From Octopus bimaculoides (lineage: Eukaryota): a stretch of DNA of 64,000 nt. A program made the position numbers and the translations under genes. The notes below the pieces were generated by a model. That model ran no database searches. It saw only the letters and a program-made list of their open reading frames with translations, and was not told the origin of the DNA. Numbering within the stretch: the stretch's first letter is position 1; each line of letters begins with the position of its first letter. Where the stretch lies: positions 19,862,322-19,926,321 of the forward strand of contig NC_069003.1 in NCBI RefSeq assembly GCF_001194135.2. Reading direction: 5' to 3'. Shown piece by piece: positions 38,591-51,430 of this stretch.

Positions 38591-39350
38591 ATATATTCTT
38601 TTATTCTTTACCAGTTGTAGTCACTGGGCTGTGGCCTTACTGGGGCAATGCCTTAAATAGTTTAGTCAATTATGATTTACTTAGAAAATTCATTTTACAG
38701 ACATTACCATGTGTATCCCAGGTTTAAAATAAGAACAAGTGTCCCTGTGTGTTGTAAGAGGTGACTAAAAGGTTTCACAACAGAAAGTGTAAAATGAAAA
38801 TACTCAGAAATACTATCCAACCATGCCAGCATGGAAAAGCAAACTAAAACACAGATCATGACAATAAATTCTGTAAATAAGTATTTTTTAAAAGGTTACT
38901 AACGTTAATCCTAATACTAAACCACAGGATATCTTCAATAATTTAACACACTTTCTATAGTAACCCACTGAGCATATCACTAAACTATCCGTATCTAAAT
39001 TTTTCTCCTGAACATTTGATGTAACAGTTAATTCAATCCAATCACTTTTAATAAAGCATCATGTTGTATGTTATTTAGAGTATTTTAGTCTCAAGGGTAA
39101 AGGTCATGCTAGAATACTGCTTCATGACCGAGAATGATTATATTCTATCAATTGTTTCAGTCACTGGACTACAGCTAAGCTACTTTTATATTTTTTATCT
39201 TTTACTTGTTTCAGTCATTAGATTGTAGCCATGCTAGGGCACTGCTTGGAAGAATTTTCAGTTGAATGAAATGACCACAGTACTTTTTTTTTAAGCTTGC
39301 TACTTACTCTATTAGTCTTCTTTTGCTGAACCACTAAGTTAGGATGAAGA

Positions 39351-39469
39351 TATTTACAGCACCTAGGTTTCCTAAGCAGTCACCCATCTAAGTATTAACT
39401 AGGCTCAATATTGCTTAACTTCGGCGACTGTACAAAAACCAGTGTTTTTATTGCGATATGGGCATATAT
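39351..39469 (-). pseudogene. 5S rRNA pseudogene (full length, about 119 nt)
   Basis: Minus strand '..ccatatcgcaataaaaacactggtttttgtacagtcgccgaagttaagcaatattgagcctagttaatacttagatgggtgactgcttaggaaacctaggtgctgtaa' is colinear with metazoan 5S (CCGAAGTTAAGC box A region, TACTTRGATGGGTGAC box C); many CpG-decay changes and no oligo-T terminator. Confidence 0.85.
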
Positions 39470-39470
39470 A

Positions 39471-40690
39471 TCAGGTCATCCCATAAGTTCTTTCCGATTT
39501 TACCTTTTTTAAAATTGAATGAAATTTAATAGTATTTTAGAATGTCTAATGGAATTAAAAATTATTTTTATGCATTTGTGTACATTTAAACTAATTAAAT
39601 ATTATTTTACAGAATAATAGAATTAAAATTTCTTTGATCAAAGCCCTTTCTAACATGGAAGTATCCAAAGAGTATTTAAGGCACATAATGCTTTAGGAGT
39701 ACAAAAAAGGAAACTCTGCAGCCAAAGCAACTCAAAACATACACTCAGTTTATGGGAAAGAATGCTTGAATGAAAGAACTTGGAGAAGATGGTTTGCAAA
39801 ATTCAGAAGTGGAGATTTCAGCCTTGAAGATGAAGATCAAACAGGACGTCCAGTTGAGTTTGATGATAAGCTCCTTGAGGCATTACTTGAAGAAAATCCT
39901 GCATTATCAGTTGAAGAATTGGCAATAAAACTTAGTTCAAACCATACAACTGTTCATCATCATCTTCAACAACTTGGAAAGGTTCCTAAACTTGGAAAAT
40001 GAGTGCCTCATGAATTGTCCAAAAAACAAATGCAAATCCCGAGTTGACATCTGCTCTTCTCTCCATTCTCGCAAACTCATTTCACCCTTTTTGGATAGAC
40101 TTATAACTGGTGATGAAAAATGGATCTTCTATCGAAATGTTAAGCATCGTAAACAATGGATTGGTAAAAGGGAAAAAGCTCAACCATGACCGAGAAGAGA
40201 ACTTCATGGAAAAAAAGGTTCTTCTCTCTACCTGGTGGGATTGCAAAGGAGTAATTCACTTTGAATTGTTACCACCTAATGCAACATTCAATGCTCAAGT
40301 CTGCTATCAACAATTAGAGCATTTGAACCAAGCTTTGAAGAAAAAAAGTCCCGCTTTAGTGAATCGAAAAGGAGTGATGTTTCATCAGGACAATGCACGA
40401 CCCCACACTGCAAAGATCACATCACAGAAGATTGAAGAGCTTGGTTGGGAAAAAATTCCTCATCCACCTTATTCTCCCAACCTTGCTCCTTCAGACAACC
40501 ATCTGTTTCATAGTTTACAGAATCATTTGGGTGACGTAACTGTCGCAAGTCAGGATGAGGTCAAAACTGATATTTCAGAGTTCTTAGTTTGAAAACAAAC
40601 AAGTTTTACATCGATGGGATTTAAAATCTTGTAAATAGATAGAAGGAAGTCATAGATAATCAGGGAAAGTACATAGACGACTAAATTTCA
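39471..40690 (+). mobile_element. Mariner element, left TIR present, right TIR not found
   Basis: TA|TCAGGTCATCCCATAAG, the same TIR type as 11441; nearly full-length transposase remnant downstream. Confidence 0.92.
39655..40684 (+). pseudogene. Mariner D,D34D transposase pseudogene
   Basis: ATG at 39655; WFAKFRSGDFSLED, (W to stop)VPHEL, ITGDEKW, HQDNARPH, YSPNLAPSDNHLF; premature stops and frameshifts. Confidence 0.92.
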
Positions 40691-40869
40691 ATTAAATATA
40701 TATATACATAATATATAAATTCATCATAATTTTAACATCTACTTTTCCATGCATGCATGAGTAAGACAAGACTATGTTGAGGCAGTTTTCTACAACTGGA
40801 TGCCATTCATGATAGCAATCCTCACTTGTCTATCAAGTAAGAAAGAACTGGAAACAAACAGCACCATTT

Positions 40870-41050
40870 TAATGAACTTTTTGTTTACAAGGATTATGCA
40901 ACATGTCAAGCAGCCAAAACATGTTTTCAAAATGGATCATACACTGCTGGCACTGTTTGTATGAACAGTGAGGCTTTTGTTTACTATCAAAACATACATG
41001 TGAAAATGAGGAGAAATATGAACCCAATTGCACAAAAATATACATATTTA
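40870..41050 (+). mobile_element. Possible piggyBac-like transposase remnant
   Basis: Frame DYATCQAAKTCFQNGSYTAGTVCMNSEAF loosely resembles the piggyBac 'NG.YA.GTVR.NR' segment; weak. Confidence 0.2.
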
Positions 41051-44000
41051 CATATATAACAGGTTTCTTCCAACTATTAATTTCAATCACAAAGTATTGG
41101 TTGACTTGCAGCTATGGAAAAGGACACCAAGTAGCAATATCCACACACTAAGACTGAACTTCTAACCATGTGATTCAAAGCATCCTAACCACAGGTGTAC
41201 ATGTGCCCATGTGTGTGTGAGAGAGAGAGTGTATATATATGTACACATATCTTTTATCTTTTACTTGTTTCAGTCATTAGACTGCAGCCATGCTGAGACA
41301 CCTCCTTCAAGGATTTTAGTTGAATGTATTGATCCCAGGACATTCTTTTTTAAAACCTGGCACTTATTCTATCAGACTTTTTGTCAAACTTTCAAGTCAT
41401 GAAAACCTAAACACACACCAACACCTATTGTCAAGTAGCTGCAGAGACACACACACACATGATGGGCTTCTTTCAGTTTCCATCTAGCAAATCCACACAC
41501 AAGGTTTTCATCAGTCCAAGTCTATAGTAGAAGACATTTGCCCAAGGTGCTATGCAGTGCGACTGAACCTGGAACTATGTGGTTGGGAAGCAAACTTCTT
41601 ACCACAAGTTCCCACGCACTTTCTGACTACCAAATTTGAATCACAACCTGAAGCTATACTAAAAGACACATGCCCAAGATGCCACATTGGATCAAAACTG
41701 GAACCACATGGTTGCAAAATTAACTTCTTAACCACATGGTCATACCTGATCATATGGCCATAACTGCACCTACAAACACACCTTTAAGAATTACTACTCT
41801 AAAACATATAGCTTGATGTCCAATTATCTCAGTCATTACCACTGACATTTTCTTCAAAAAATTTAATGGAAACATTTTATTTTTTTACAGCACTCCATTG
41901 GTTATGGCGACAAGTGTTCCAGTTGATTCAATCAATGGAACAGACTGCTCATGAGATTAACTTAAAAGTGGCTGAGCACTCCATAGACATGCATAGCCTT
42001 AACATAGTTCTCAGAGCGATTCAGCATGAAACAGAGTGTAACAAGGCTGACACCTTTGATATACAGGTACTACTCAGTTTTGCTAGCTGAGTGGACTGGA
42101 GCAACATGAAATAAAGCGTCTTGCTCAAGGACACAATGCACTGCTGGGTTGTGAACCAAATACTCTAAGCACTAAGCACACAATCCAATTGAAAAAGTTT
42201 CAACATTTTCCCAAAGAATAAGGTAACAATGAACTAGAAAAGTAAAGAAGGGGGTTGGTTGTGGTGATGATGGGATTGATTAAAATAAAATAAAATAAAG
42301 GACATGCACTTGCATTGTGGTCCAAAACTGATAGGAGTTTTAAAATCAGTGCTCCAAGTTGTACCTACCCCTACATTGTGTTTATTTACATGAAACCTCA
42401 AGATGGTCGGGCGAAATGCTAAAAATAGTGGCTGATTTCCTTCAAATCACACCTTAGTGTCTTAAAATATGGGAAGGCAACATTGAACAATGTAGTACAT
42501 GGCCTTTACAGGCCCTCTGAGACTAGTGAAATAGATGTTGTTAATGTTTCTCTGGAACCATTGCAAGTCAACATCTGTGAGAAAAAAAAACAAGTAGGAA
42601 GGAAGTTCCGGAGAGAAGACATTTTGGTAAGGAAGAAGTGGGTGTAATGATTAATGTAGGAGCTGGGAGGGGTGGACACAACAGATGTGATGAGATGAGT
42701 GGACCCAGCTCAGAGCCCAGAAAGCTCAGAAGAGAAGTTATTACAGTAGTGATGGAGAGAGAGAGAGAGAGAGAGAGAATACACTTGTGGCCCAGAAACT
42801 GGAGTGTGTCTAACATATTTTATGACAATCAGTCAGGTGGCTCCTTTCCTGAATGTCATTTAAGATGTTTGTGTGCACAATAGTGGTACCATCCCAAATG
42901 TGACAGTAATACTTCATTGTGGACCTCATTTGTAATATATCAGTAATTACTGGAGGAAGAACATGTCATTAAAGGAGCAAAGAGTATTCTTAATATGATT
43001 GTTTGACCTGTTACAAATAATGAGTTAATGATGGACACTACACCATCATGCAAACAGAAAGAAAATACAGAACATGAAATTGGTTGGAAGCACTATGTGG
43101 TCATCTGACCAGATACAATAAAATAGTAGCCACATCACCCTCAGATCACGTCCTACCACTTTTAAAAGAAAGGGAAGACTCATTGCAACCTACAATACTA
43201 CAATCACTAAGTCTGAAAGAAAGATGGTTTATCAAGAATACTTTTAATCACAGGTCTGTCCGATCAATCAGAGTTTATGTGGAGGTAAACAACATCAACC
43301 TATACAAATGACAATTTAGGTAACTGTGGCATACATTTACATAAACTGGCTTGTTGCTCTCTTTTAATCATCATTAGTATCATCATTGTTTAAACATTCA
43401 CCTTTCCATGCTTGCATGTAGCAGATGGAATTCACTGAGGCAGATTTTCTACATCCATGTGCCTTTCCTATTCCAAGCAAGGTAATATTTTCCAGTGGCT
43501 GAATATGTTTTCACAAAATACTGGAAAGGAATGACACTACTGATATGATGCTGACACTTGTTTGCAACTATTGTGTAATATCAGAACAAACACACACACA
43601 CACAGCTGGACACACACACACACACATGTATTTATATTATATGACAAGCTTACTTCATTTTATCAAATCCACTCACAAGGCTTTGATCATCTTGGGGCTA
43701 CAGTTAAAGATACTTATCCAAGATGCCACACAGAAGGACTGAACCTGAGACCATGTGGTTAGGAAGCAAACATTTTTCCCAATCAGCCATGCTTGTGTCT
43801 CTAATACAACATATTAATTAATCCCTGTCAATCACCCAAATTTGTTCAAACCTGAGATATTATTTGAATAAACATTTCATAGCTTAGTTTTAATTTTGTC
43901 AGTGGTACTATTTATATTATATATAGTCACAGGCATTGCTGTGTGATTGAGAAGTTTGTTTCGGGGGTTCAATTCCATTATGCAACACCTTGAGCAAGAG

Positions 44001-44121
44001 TAAGCCTTGAGTTGTCACATGTACTGTTAGTGAAATTTGATACGAGGGTACTATGCGTTAATTCTGTTGTATATATATATATATATATATATATACATAC
44101 ATGTATGTGTGCATATATATA

Positions 44122-44187
44122 CCCATGTGTGTATATATGCCCATGTGTGTATATATGCCAATGTGTGTATATATGCACATGTGTATA
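44122..44187. repeat. 18-bp tandem repeat (CCCATGTGTGTATATATG) x about 3.5
   Basis: Read directly. Confidence 0.9.
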
Positions 44188-45280
44188 CAGATAAGTTCAC
44201 ATTTATGTTTACTCCAGTCTAAAATTGGTATTATCTCTGTCGTGTCCTTTTATGTCCAGTATGAAAGAGAGAACAGTAAAGTAAAATACTAGCCTGATAT
44301 AAGTATAAAGAGTGGTGGTGGTGGTGGAAATCAATATTTTTCACTAAAGCCTCAAAGGCGGAGCCCCAGAATGGCCAAAGTCCAAAGACTGAAACCAGTA
44401 AACAAAATTCAAACAACATATACTTCTTTCAAGTATTCTTTAGATTCTGAGCAGAGATGTGAAAATCACCAGCAGGTTATTAGAAAATGACAAATTTGGA
44501 CTGCTGTGACATTTTGAAACACCTAATTGTCATAGCGAATTATAAATATGTAACAGAACAGGTGATTTGTGGGTGGATATAGTTATGGACATGGTGGTGA
44601 TGCTGTTGATTTTGAACCGGTATAATACAATGATGCATACAGGTGTTACAAGTAATGAGACAGATTCATGGCAGGGGATACATACAGAAATATGTGTGTA
44701 TATATGTGTATATACATAAACACACACACACATATATATATATATGCCTGTTAACATAATTCAAATTAGAAAGATGACATGTTTATAAAGAAGAAGTAAA
44801 TTAATGAAAGGAAAAAAGTAATGAGTGGGTGGGTATGTTGTTTAAAATAATAATTTAAAATATACATAATTACAAAAACTGAAAACAAACAAACCAATTT
44901 TTTACAATTCTATTTACTCTTTTTTGTTTTTTATCGTTTTTAATTGAAAGTAATTCAAGAAATTTAGTCAAACGATATTTCTTTCTTTAAGATCTCTGAA
45001 TAGGATGGACAGGGGTATGTGTGTCTGTGTTTGTGCATTCATGTATATGTTATTTTGTATGTGTGTGTGTTTTTTTTATAACAGCTTTACCAAAATAAGG
45101 AAATGTAAGGTGATACAAGAAAATATAAAATATTTCATACAAGCCAAAATAACTTGCTTCCAATAAATTAATTATCAATGTTAATTGATTTTTCTGTAGA
45201 ATAAAGCCACCGAAATATAGTATGTGTGTATATATATATATATATATCCCCGTACAAACACATCACATATACACATGCAC

Positions 45281-45330
45281 TGTTGCGATCTTGACACATC
45301 TGCACGAGACGGAAAAACGATCTGTTCGAT
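45281..45330 (-). CDS. Candidate exon 2 (50 nt): SNRSFFRLVQMCQDRN
   Basis: Very strong acceptor tttctcattttacttatttatttatatcttag|, CpG-rich, all three frames open; donor aca|GTGCAT is weak and uncertain. Confidence 0.35.
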
Positions 45331-46310
45331 CTAAGATATAAATAAATAAGTAAAATGAGAAATAATATCGCACAGTTCTGCTAATGTTCAAAACTCAATA
45401 TTTGATAAATGAGGTTTTTTGCAATAAATTATAATAAGCAAATACATTTTACCTGTGGTAAAACTAATGAAGCTATGTTGAAGTAATCAATTCTTATTTA
45501 TTTCTTTCCTTCTTTTCTTTTTTTTTCTGCTTTTCGTTTTAGCGAAGGGTGAGGTCAGAATTAGGAAATTATATGTAAAAGATAATTTATCCTATGTCTC
45601 AGATATATTGTCATTAATTATACATACATGCATAAGACCACTAAAAGTAATAAGATATTGAAGATGTGTTTTGTCCAGGATTAAGTTACAGCTTTATCAT
45701 TTATATATGAATCAAAATTGACACATTTTCCATTTGAAATTTATGATGGTAAAATGAAAGAAAAATATTGAATAATTGATTATTTGTACGATACAGAATT
45801 AAATCGTCTAGCACAAATATATATATATATATATAGATGTTATATATCTATATCTCTGTCATTATGTAGATGCATGAGTAAAATATACACCTAAGTACGA
45901 GGACAGATGCAAATGTATAATGTATATAAGCTGCATTTTTTTCTGTAGGAATATGCAGGCATGTGTATATAGAAAACCATGCACGTGTGTGTGTGTGTGT
46001 GTTTACGCATGCTTGCATGCTTGCATATGTAACTGCATACATAAATGTTTATACATATATATATATATATGTATGCATACACACACACATACACATTCAC
46101 ACAAACACACACACATTCACACAAACACACACACAAATGTTCAAATACAAACATTTAGAGATATCTACATGTTTATATTTATATGTATGTAGATGCATAC
46201 AGAAATACACACCTGAGCATGTATACAGATGCAATTATATAAAAGCTGATTTTTTTCTAAGAATATGCATGTATGAACATGTGTAATGTGAAATAGTGTG
46301 TATATGCCTG

Positions 46311-46347
<37 letters not shown>

Positions 46348-46733
46348 NNNNNNNNNNNNNNNNNNNNNNNNNNNNNNNNNNNNNNNNNNNNNNNNNNNNN
46401 NNNNNNNNNNNNNNNNNNNNNNNNNNNNNNNNNNNNNNNNNNNNNNNNNNNNNNNNNNNNNNNNNNNNNNNNNNNNNNNNNNNNNNNNNNNNNNNNNNNN
46501 NNNNNNNNNNNNNNNNNNNNNNNNNNNNNNNNNNNNNNNNNNNNNNNNNNNNNNNNNNNNNNNNNNNNNNNNNNNNNNNNNNNNNNNNNNNNNNNNNNNN
46601 NNNNNNNNNNNNNNNNNNNNNNNNNNNNNNNNNNNNNNNNNNNNNNNNNNNNNNNNNNNNNNNNNNNNNNNNNNNNNNNNNNNNNNNNNNNNNNNNNNNN
46701 NNNNNNNNNNNNNNNNNNNNNNNNNNNNNNNNN
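46348..46733. other. Assembly gap (N run)
   Basis: N characters after (TA)n. Confidence 1.
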
Positions 46734-47614
46734 AGAGTAAAAAAAAGAAGGAAGATTTTCATACCATATGATGATGACAATAATAATAACAATGATGATG
46801 ATTTGTTTAAAAAAGTAAATAAACTAACCCCTCCCCCAAGTAGTTCCAAATTTTATTCACTGCCACCCACCCAGAAGACAGAACTAAACTATTGTTCCAG
46901 CAACATCTCCGCAATTAATTTACAGACTAGATGCTTAAAGAAGTATAAAAAACAAAAAAAAAAGGGAAAAAAAGGAAAAGGAAAAAAAAATGAATGAAAA
47001 GAAGAAAGGAAAGCAACAGTGAAACTGAAACGTTATTTGAAAAGTGACAATATTAATGATGAACACTATTGCCATCACCATCACCACTATCCTCAGTGTG
47101 CTCCACTGTCCCCTTCATCTTCCATCCCCTTCATTTCACCTGTATAATACTCATGGCATTCATCCTTCCAATAGTTTAGTCCCTAGCAAAACCAAGAAGA
47201 GGGATGAAGGGAGGAAGTGGAGTGGGGAGAGGAAGAAGGAGGGAAGGAAGAAGAGGAAGGGGAGAAGAAATTAAATAAATAAAATTACAAATAAGCAAAT
47301 AGGCAGGCATGTCATTGCCCAAGTGCAAACAGGTAGTTTATACTAAGTGAATAACAACAATTGATTGCACGTATGTGTGTGTGTATACATGCATGTACTT
47401 GTTTGTATATCTATGTTAAGTGTGTGCGTGCATGTATTTGTGTATGTGTTTGTATACATGTATGTACTTGTATATGTATGTAGGTGTGTGCATGTACATG
47501 TTTTATTTTGTATGTAATATATAACATACTTATAAAAGGTAATGCTATACTACATAATTATGTCTACACATACACACGTACATATATTACAAGCATGCAT
47601 ACATACATACAACC

Positions 47615-47656
<42 letters not shown>

Positions 47657-47847
47657 AACAAACGCACACTTAAATCAAGAAGAATAACAAGAAGTATGGG
47701 TATGAATTTTACTGAAGATAAATTGGAAGATAGACAGATAGAAAGAGACTTGGAATGAGAGCTAGATAGAGAAAGAGAGACTTTGACAATTTCTCATTTT
47801 AATTATTTAATTAATATATATATAGATATATATATATATATATATAG

Positions 47848-47878
<31 letters not shown>

Positions 47879-47923
47879 TATGTAGATACACACACACACA
47901 CATATGTATATATACATACATAT

Positions 47924-48451
47924 NNNNNNNNNNNNNNNNNNNNNNNNNNNNNNNNNNNNNNNNNNNNNNNNNNNNNNNNNNNNNNNNNNNNNNNNNNNNN
48001 NNNNNNNNNNNNNNNNNNNNNNNNNNNNNNNNNNNNNNNNNNNNNNNNNNNNNNNNNNNNNNNNNNNNNNNNNNNNNNNNNNNNNNNNNNNNNNNNNNNN
48101 NNNNNNNNNNNNNNNNNNNNNNNNNNNNNNNNNNNNNNNNNNNNNNNNNNNNNNNNNNNNNNNNNNNNNNNNNNNNNNNNNNNNNNNNNNNNNNNNNNNN
48201 NNNNNNNNNNNNNNNNNNNNNNNNNNNNNNNNNNNNNNNNNNNNNNNNNNNNNNNNNNNNNNNNNNNNNNNNNNNNNNNNNNNNNNNNNNNNNNNNNNNN
48301 NNNNNNNNNNNNNNNNNNNNNNNNNNNNNNNNNNNNNNNNNNNNNNNNNNNNNNNNNNNNNNNNNNNNNNNNNNNNNNNNNNNNNNNNNNNNNNNNNNNN
48401 NNNNNNNNNNNNNNNNNNNNNNNNNNNNNNNNNNNNNNNNNNNNNNNNNNN
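47924..48451. other. Assembly gap (N run)
   Basis: N characters between TA-rich microsatellites. Confidence 1.
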
Positions 48452-48539
48452 TATGTATGTATGTATGTATGTATGTATATGTCTGTGTGTATGGATATGT
48501 ATATACTGTTATGTTTCCAAAAAACGTTGAATGAACTCA

Positions 48540-49850
48540 ACCACTGCTATATTCCATCTTCGCAGAATTGCGCCCTTAAATTTTTCCGTCTCCTTCATTT
48601 ACGACGACAACGACAACAATATGTCATTACGCGACTGTCTTTTCCACTTGCTTCTTCACCCGGCTGCGACTTTCTCGCTCTTGTTCTTCCTCTTTTCTGT
48701 ATTAGACTATAGTTTCTTCCCCATCCCACCTCCCCACCATCACCAACATCACCATCACATCTCTCTCTCTCACTTTCTCTCTCCTTCACTACGTGTATTT
48801 TTGCTATGAGCAGATGAGAGAAGTAAAGCAGGAGTATTTGTGCAGTGCATGCAGTGTTTGTGTGGTGCCTGTGTTTGGATGATGCATCAATGTGCATATA
48901 TGTATGTATGCATGTATGGAAGATAGATGGATGGATAGACAGATAGATGGAGAGATAGAGAGAAAAGATGTATGCGTGTGTGAGAGAGGAATTATTTCAT
49001 AGCATCCACCAGAATATGATCCACAGCAATAGAGAGAGAGAATGAAAGAGAGACAGAGACAGAGGGAAAAAAAAAAACTTACAAACAAAACAAAACAGAC
49101 TAGAATAAGAGTAAAGGTGAGAGAGAGAGAGAGAGAGTGGTTAATAAATTGCCAATAATCTAATTTAAGAACAACAATAACAACATCACATTAGACATAA
49201 CAACTAAATTAACAAAGGTGATTGAGAAAATCTTCAATGTTCATTCTAACATCTATAGATGAGGAAAGTGCAAAAAAAAAAAAAACCAATGAGATCGCAT
49301 ATATACGCACACTCTATCCTATACACATTGACATCACTGGAGGGGGCCCCTCCTTCTTCTGTGTGTGTGCATGCATTTGAGAAAAACAGAAATGGATAGA
49401 GAGATGATGAGAGATGATGATGATGATGGTGAAAAGAAGAGAGAAAAAGATGTGTAGGAATAAAAGACCAGCTCAAAGCCCCAGCTAGAGAGATGTTTAA
49501 ATGTAGCAGCAGTAATGCTATCACCTGACAGAGCAGCGAAGAACACAACACAGAACGAAGAACAGTTGTTTCGTTCGCCACACTTTAGTAGTATTGGCAG
49601 CAATGACAGCTGTAGCAGCAGTCATCGTCACGGTAGAGAGGAGCGGGAGGGGTAGTGGCAGCAGCAGCAGTCATAGATACAGTGGTGGTAGTGGTGGCGG
49701 AAGAAGAAGAAGAACAAGGAAGAGGTGGAGGAAGAAGAAAAGGAAAAGGAGGAGGAGGAAGAAGAAGAAGAAGAAACAAAAATGAAAGAGAAAGACATGA
49801 GAAAAAGAAAAGGAGAAGAAAGAAAAATCTCTTGCAGAGTAATGCTTAGA
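48540..49850. promoter_or_regulatory. CpG-enriched zone with long purine/pyrimidine tracts; likely gene 5' end or promoter
   Basis: 11 CpGs in 48541-48680 and 8 in about 49535-49700, against strong CpG depletion elsewhere in non-repeat sequence; CT-rich leader on the minus strand. Confidence 0.55.
49525..49625 (-). CDS. Candidate first coding exon, signal-peptide-like: MTAATAVIAANTTKVWRTKQLFFVLCCVLRCSV
   Basis: ATG at 49625, donor cag|GTGATA, phase 2; basic stretch followed by a hydrophobic core; inside the CpG-rich zone. Confidence 0.35.
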
Positions 49851-50444
49851 GATTAGAAGTTACATTTTCAGTCTTCGATTTACTTTATATCAAGAAACAC
49901 CTGCATATGAAATAATACTTGTAATTGTGATAGTTGTTGTTGCTGTAGTTGCTCAGATTCTTTTTTTTACTCTTTTCATTTCATTTGTTTTTCAGCATTC
50001 AATATATATATTTTTTTTTTATCTTAGCCTGGATGGGATATTCATTTTCGTGTATATGTGTTTGACTTTTCTTTTTTATATTTAATTCGCAAGATTTCCA
50101 GGTTTGTATCCTGTTGGAGTAATTATTTATTACACCTGGGTGGTTTTCCAACTGAAAACAACCACTTAATTAGTTGAAGCAATACTGGAATACAGCTATG
50201 CCACCAATCTTCTTCCCCCCTAATTTGCAGGAAACAAAGCTAAAACTTTCTTTTTTAATATTTAAAGTTTTATTTTTCATTTTAAAAGTAAACATTCATT
50301 CAGATATCAGTAAAGCTATAAAATTCACTAAAATTGTGTGTGTGTGGTTAAAGAATTTGGTTTTCAGGTTCAGTCCTACTACATGGCACCTTGAACCAAA
50401 GCCTTCCTGGTGGATTTAATAGTCAGAAACTGAAAGAAACCTAT

Positions 50445-50494
<50 letters not shown>

Positions 50495-50538
50495 TGGATG
50501 GATGGATATAAAGACTGATAGATCTATATATACCTAAA

Positions 50539-50620
<82 letters not shown>

Positions 50621-51089
50621 TATATATATATATTTATACATATACACAACTATATAGATGTACATTGATGTGTACATGTGTGTGTACTTTTGTGTCCTTG
50701 TCTTGATATTGTGTGCTAGTTGTAAACAGGTGTCACTGTCATACAAATTTGGTGGTGTTTGTTAGCAATCTTCTATGAAAACATGTCCAGCCAATATGCT
50801 GTTCATGTCCAAAAGAGTAGGAGGAATATTAACCTTGCTTGGGAGCAAATGTGAGTTATAAACTGAAAGAGTATACTGGCTATAGAAAATCTGTCTCATT
50901 GAATTTCAGCTTACCCATGTAAGTTTGGAAAACAAGATGTCATGATGATAATGACAATGATGAAGAAGTTACACCAAAAGAAAATCAGTCAACGTTAAGA
51001 TATTCTAGAATTAATCCATCAAACTATTCTGAGTTTCATAATATTCACTTATGTTATCTCAAAACACAGAACCTTATGAAGGAGATGAC

Positions 51090-51430
51090 AGAAGACTGAT
51101 TGTTGTATCTGAGAAGACCCACCCATCACAACAGAACTGAGATCCTAAAACTAATGTGCCACATAAAGAGCATTGGTGTGAGTGCTGGAGCCATGTAAAA
51201 AGCATTGGTGCTGGTGCCATGTAAAAAGCACTGGTGCTGGTGCCATGTAAAAGGTACCCAGTACATTCTGTAAAGTGGATGGCATTAGGAAAGGCATCCA
51301 ACCATAGAAACCAAGCCAAAACACACTATGGAACCTGGTGCGGCCCCAGGCCTAGCCAGTTCCTGTACAGCCATCCTATCTATGCCATCATGGAAAACAG
51401 ACATTAAATGTTGATGATGATGATGATGAT
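51090..51430 (+). mobile_element. SINE family C with an internal 26-bp tandem repeat (x3 at 51182-51253) and a (GAT)n tail
   Basis: gtgctggtgccatgtaaaaagcactg units; 'cccagtacattctgtaaagtggatggcattaggaaaggcatccaaccatagaaacc' is shared with copies at about 15330-15490, 19650-19900 and 24700-24940. Confidence 0.75.

Noticed and set aside
37912-48712. Long ORFs spanning N runs (37912-38331, 46235-46997, 47783-48712 and others)
   Set aside because: Artefacts of translating assembly gaps and (TA)n tracts.
49585-49849. Poly-Arg/Lys/Glu and poly-Pro/Leu ORFs
   Set aside because: Translations of GAA/GGA purine tracts; more likely 5' UTR or promoter low-complexity sequence.
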